A DNA stretch of 64,000 bases. Origin: Plasmodiophora brassicae. Taxonomy: Eukaryota. The notes beneath the pieces are model-generated. The model ran no database searches, was not told where the DNA came from, and saw only the letters and a program-made list of their open reading frames with translations. The DNA is taken from positions 248,001-312,000 of the forward strand of contig CP145426.1 of the NCBI GenBank assembly GCA_036867785.1, written 5' to 3'. Position 1 is the first letter of the stretch. Each line of letters begins with the position of its first letter. Shown here piece by piece: positions 61,620 to 64,000 of this stretch. A program made the position numbers and the translations under genes.

Positions 61620-62080
61620 TAACAACTTTGCGATTTAGAAACTTTTGCCACGGTTCGAGTCAGGCTGCAGTTCGATAAGACACACAACCGTACATAAGTA
61701 CTACGCGCTGCGACGATGCCCATACTGTCAAGCGCGTTGACATCAGCACCGTGTGCAATGAGCAACTGCAGGATGTGGTCATAAGACACGATGCGGTCGA
61801 CGCGACGGGGTTGCAGATGGCGTTCGGCTATGGCGCGATGCAGAGCTGTGCCCCTTTAAATTCCAGCGCCTGCGTCAGGGGACCCTTAGCAGCTGCTCGA
61901 CCACACGTGTAAAACCTTTCTCTGCTGCTGTCTGTAGGCTTGCTGCGACTCGGTGAGTGCGCCAACAGCACGCCCCTTGTAGGCTGGAGTTCCCTGCACA
62001 ATGTGTTCTACTGTCGCCACGGACAGTCCCTGAGTCTCGCGGTTCATCCGACCAATCTCGTCCACGTGTACACCATGGAT
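61620..62080 (-). pseudogene. Degenerate ankyrin-repeat gene, copy B
   Basis: LQTAAEKGFTRVVEQLLRVP plus the mirror of 47500-47760. Confidence 0.6.
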
Positions 62081-62880
62081 GCGATGTGCTGCACGAGGGC
62101 ATGCATATCAAGGTACTGTGCAGCTTCCAGCATACGCATTCGATCAGTAGGTTAACGCGAACCCAGCGACCCACACTGCCACTCTGTGACTTCAGGTGGT
62201 ACGGTAATCAGTGTTGTATCGATCATCGATGATCGAAGGGAACGACTTACATCACTGGCATCAACTGTCGCGACGTAGTCTGCCAACAATGCCAGCGCTC
62301 TGTCAGCGACGCCCTTCATGGGCAAGGGGTTGTAGACGAATTCTGCTCTCCAACATCTTCGACGGTATTCTGCAGAACACCGGAGTGGGCGATGGCACGC
62401 TCGGTGTTGACCTGCATGCCAAACGGACCTGCCGTCTTTGTCACGGAGGTACAGCACAACGGGGATCCCGTAACTGACGCCAACGATCAGGATAATGTAC
62501 GTCAGCACGACATGTGGGTCACGCCCGCCGACAGTCATTGGCAATCGCTGATCCGCGTTCCGGACACTGCGGCTGCTCTAGTTCAGGGCAAATGTCAGAT
62601 TGAGACGGGAGACCTGCCGGCCGGTGCCCGCCCAGAGGACTGCGCGCCAGGCATCACCAGGAACCTCGGCGAGCTAATGTAGGTAGGCACATCTGCTACC
62701 AGGACGGCTCCGAGCAAGCAGACGTTCGGCAAGCAAGGGGGCGACCCTGCTGTGACGCACAGTCCGCCCGGCCCTGGCCGCAGCCGGCAGGCCACAGGCC
62801 ACAGGCCACACTGCCCGGAGCAGAACTGCGCCACATGCCACTGCAGTCTTGGTGTCCGTGTGCCTTTGGCATACAGAAAG

Positions 62881-64000
62881 GGGACGTACTTTTTCATCCC
62901 GCGGGATCACATCCCGCGGGATGAAACGTCATATTGATCCCGCGGGGCGAAGCGGCATTTCCCGCGGGACGAATCTATAGGTTCATCCCGCGGACGAAAA
63001 GCCAGCGTGTCGTGCTCAGGAAGGAGTAGTTGGTGCGTCGGGTACAGGACGGAGCCAGTCTCACTCGACGGTCAGCTGTTTGACCTAGCGGGCTCATTCT
63101 TTCCGTCAGGAACAATAGACTTAACAATTACGCCAGAACAAATGCAACCGCCAGCCGCGGGTGGAGGATGGAGCCGGTCTCCCGGTCTCGCTCGACGGGC
63201 AGCTGTTTGTCAACGGCGACTAACGCAGATCTTCACTGGTGCTCATTCGCTATATCATGAACAATAGACTTTAAGGCGGTGTTGCAACTTTACTATTTGT
63301 TATCGAGGTAGAAATCGGCGTGCAAAAACCAGTACATCCAGCGCAACCTCATGACGTCCATGCACGACGACTTGAACGTTACCGGAAGGCTTCTGGCAAG
63401 AGCTTCCGCCATTGTCAAAACAAGCATGCCGCAATTGCAATCGTCCAATTGGCGCGGTCCCGCCAAGACTCTCGTCTCGAAAGGCTTGGCAGGAAACGCC
63501 GAAGTCGCCCAGGGCATGATGGCATTGGTCGCGATGGATCGCAGACGAGCGGTGTAGGTTGGATCGCAAAGACTGTCGTACAGGTACACCAGCCCCAAGG
63601 CAGCGTCGACGACGACCAGACACCAATGCACATTGAAGAACTAGGTACCATGAAACCAGCAGTGAGCAAAACCCGTAAGTCAACAGCAGAATGGATTGGA
63701 CTTACGTTGACTGGACAAAGGAACATCGTTGCGCTCGAGTCACATTCGGCGATGACTCCCCACCTGCCGTGGTCGTTCATCTCGACTTTGCACGGCGCCA
63801 CGTGCGTGCTGTCCTTTGAAATCAGAGTCATTGCCTCGTGAACGACGGACGAGTTAAGCCACGATCTGTGAGCCAGGTGGAAGATCAGGTCGTGGAATGA
63901 CAGCTTGATGACTTTTGAGACGTCCGAAACGCTCATCGGAGAGCGAAGTTCGTACAGGACAAATTGCGCCATTCCCTCGGCATCCAAGCCATCGAGTGGA
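62881..64000 (-). mobile_element. Terminus of a putative DNA transposon (MULE-like?) carrying a Ulp1 protease
   Basis: Begins GGGACGTAC exactly where the palindrome homology stops. About five (AT)CCCGCGG(G) motifs at 62895-62995, an imperfect direct repeat at 63050-63273, and a Ulp1 ORF pointing toward this end. Confidence 0.5.
63293..64000 (-). CDS. Ulp1/SENP-like (C48) cysteine protease domain, 5' end outside the window
   Basis: WLNSSVV, FLCPVN (intron 63641-63705) FFNVHWCLVVVD, YLYDSL, RQLDDCNCG: His, Asp, Gln and Cys catalytic residues are all present. Confidence 0.88.

Larger units (their letters stand above)
46603..62880. repeat. Giant imperfect inverted duplication (left arm about 46603-55307, spacer 55308-55390, right arm 55391-62880)
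   Basis: Mirror-image ORF sets with near-identical proteins. The right arm lacks 53577-54902. Confidence 0.97.

Noticed and set aside
1-64000. tRNA or rRNA genes, telomeric repeats, alternative genetic code
   Set aside because: None recognised by eye; ORF breaks in genes are explained by GT-AG introns under the standard code.

Overview
Compact, GC-rich eukaryotic DNA with short (about 45-70 nt) GT-AG introns. The intron size and a secreted SKP1-like/ankyrin protein suggest a plasmodiophorid protist such as Plasmodiophora; this taxonomy is inference. About 0.2-19 kb is gene-dense: a giant multi-Ig/ASH-domain protein, a divergent cullin, a Zn-finger/EF-hand-like protein, a TALE homeobox gene, an AKTIP-like UEV and a membrane protein. 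From 19 to 40 kb, nested transposon remnants (hAT, copia with 3' LTR and PPT, CACTA-type transposase, Harbinger/ISL2EU-like DDE, and a complete CACTG element with 3-bp TSD) surround an island of genes: bleomycin hydrolase, NAT9, a SNAPC1-like gene and a signal-peptide SKP1-ankyrin fusion. From 40 to 46 kb lie an RBR E3 ligase, a two-cNMP-domain protein and a GABA-B-like class C GPCR. From 46.6 to 62.9 kb is one giant imperfect palindrome duplicating four intact genes (arrestin, Cys-rich membrane protein, RRM protein, uroporphyrinogen-III synthase). The window ends in a Ulp1-carrying element. The most striking structural signal is at least seven inverted fold-back duplications with diverged arms; these may be biology or assembly artefact. 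Exon boundaries were read by eye and are approximate.
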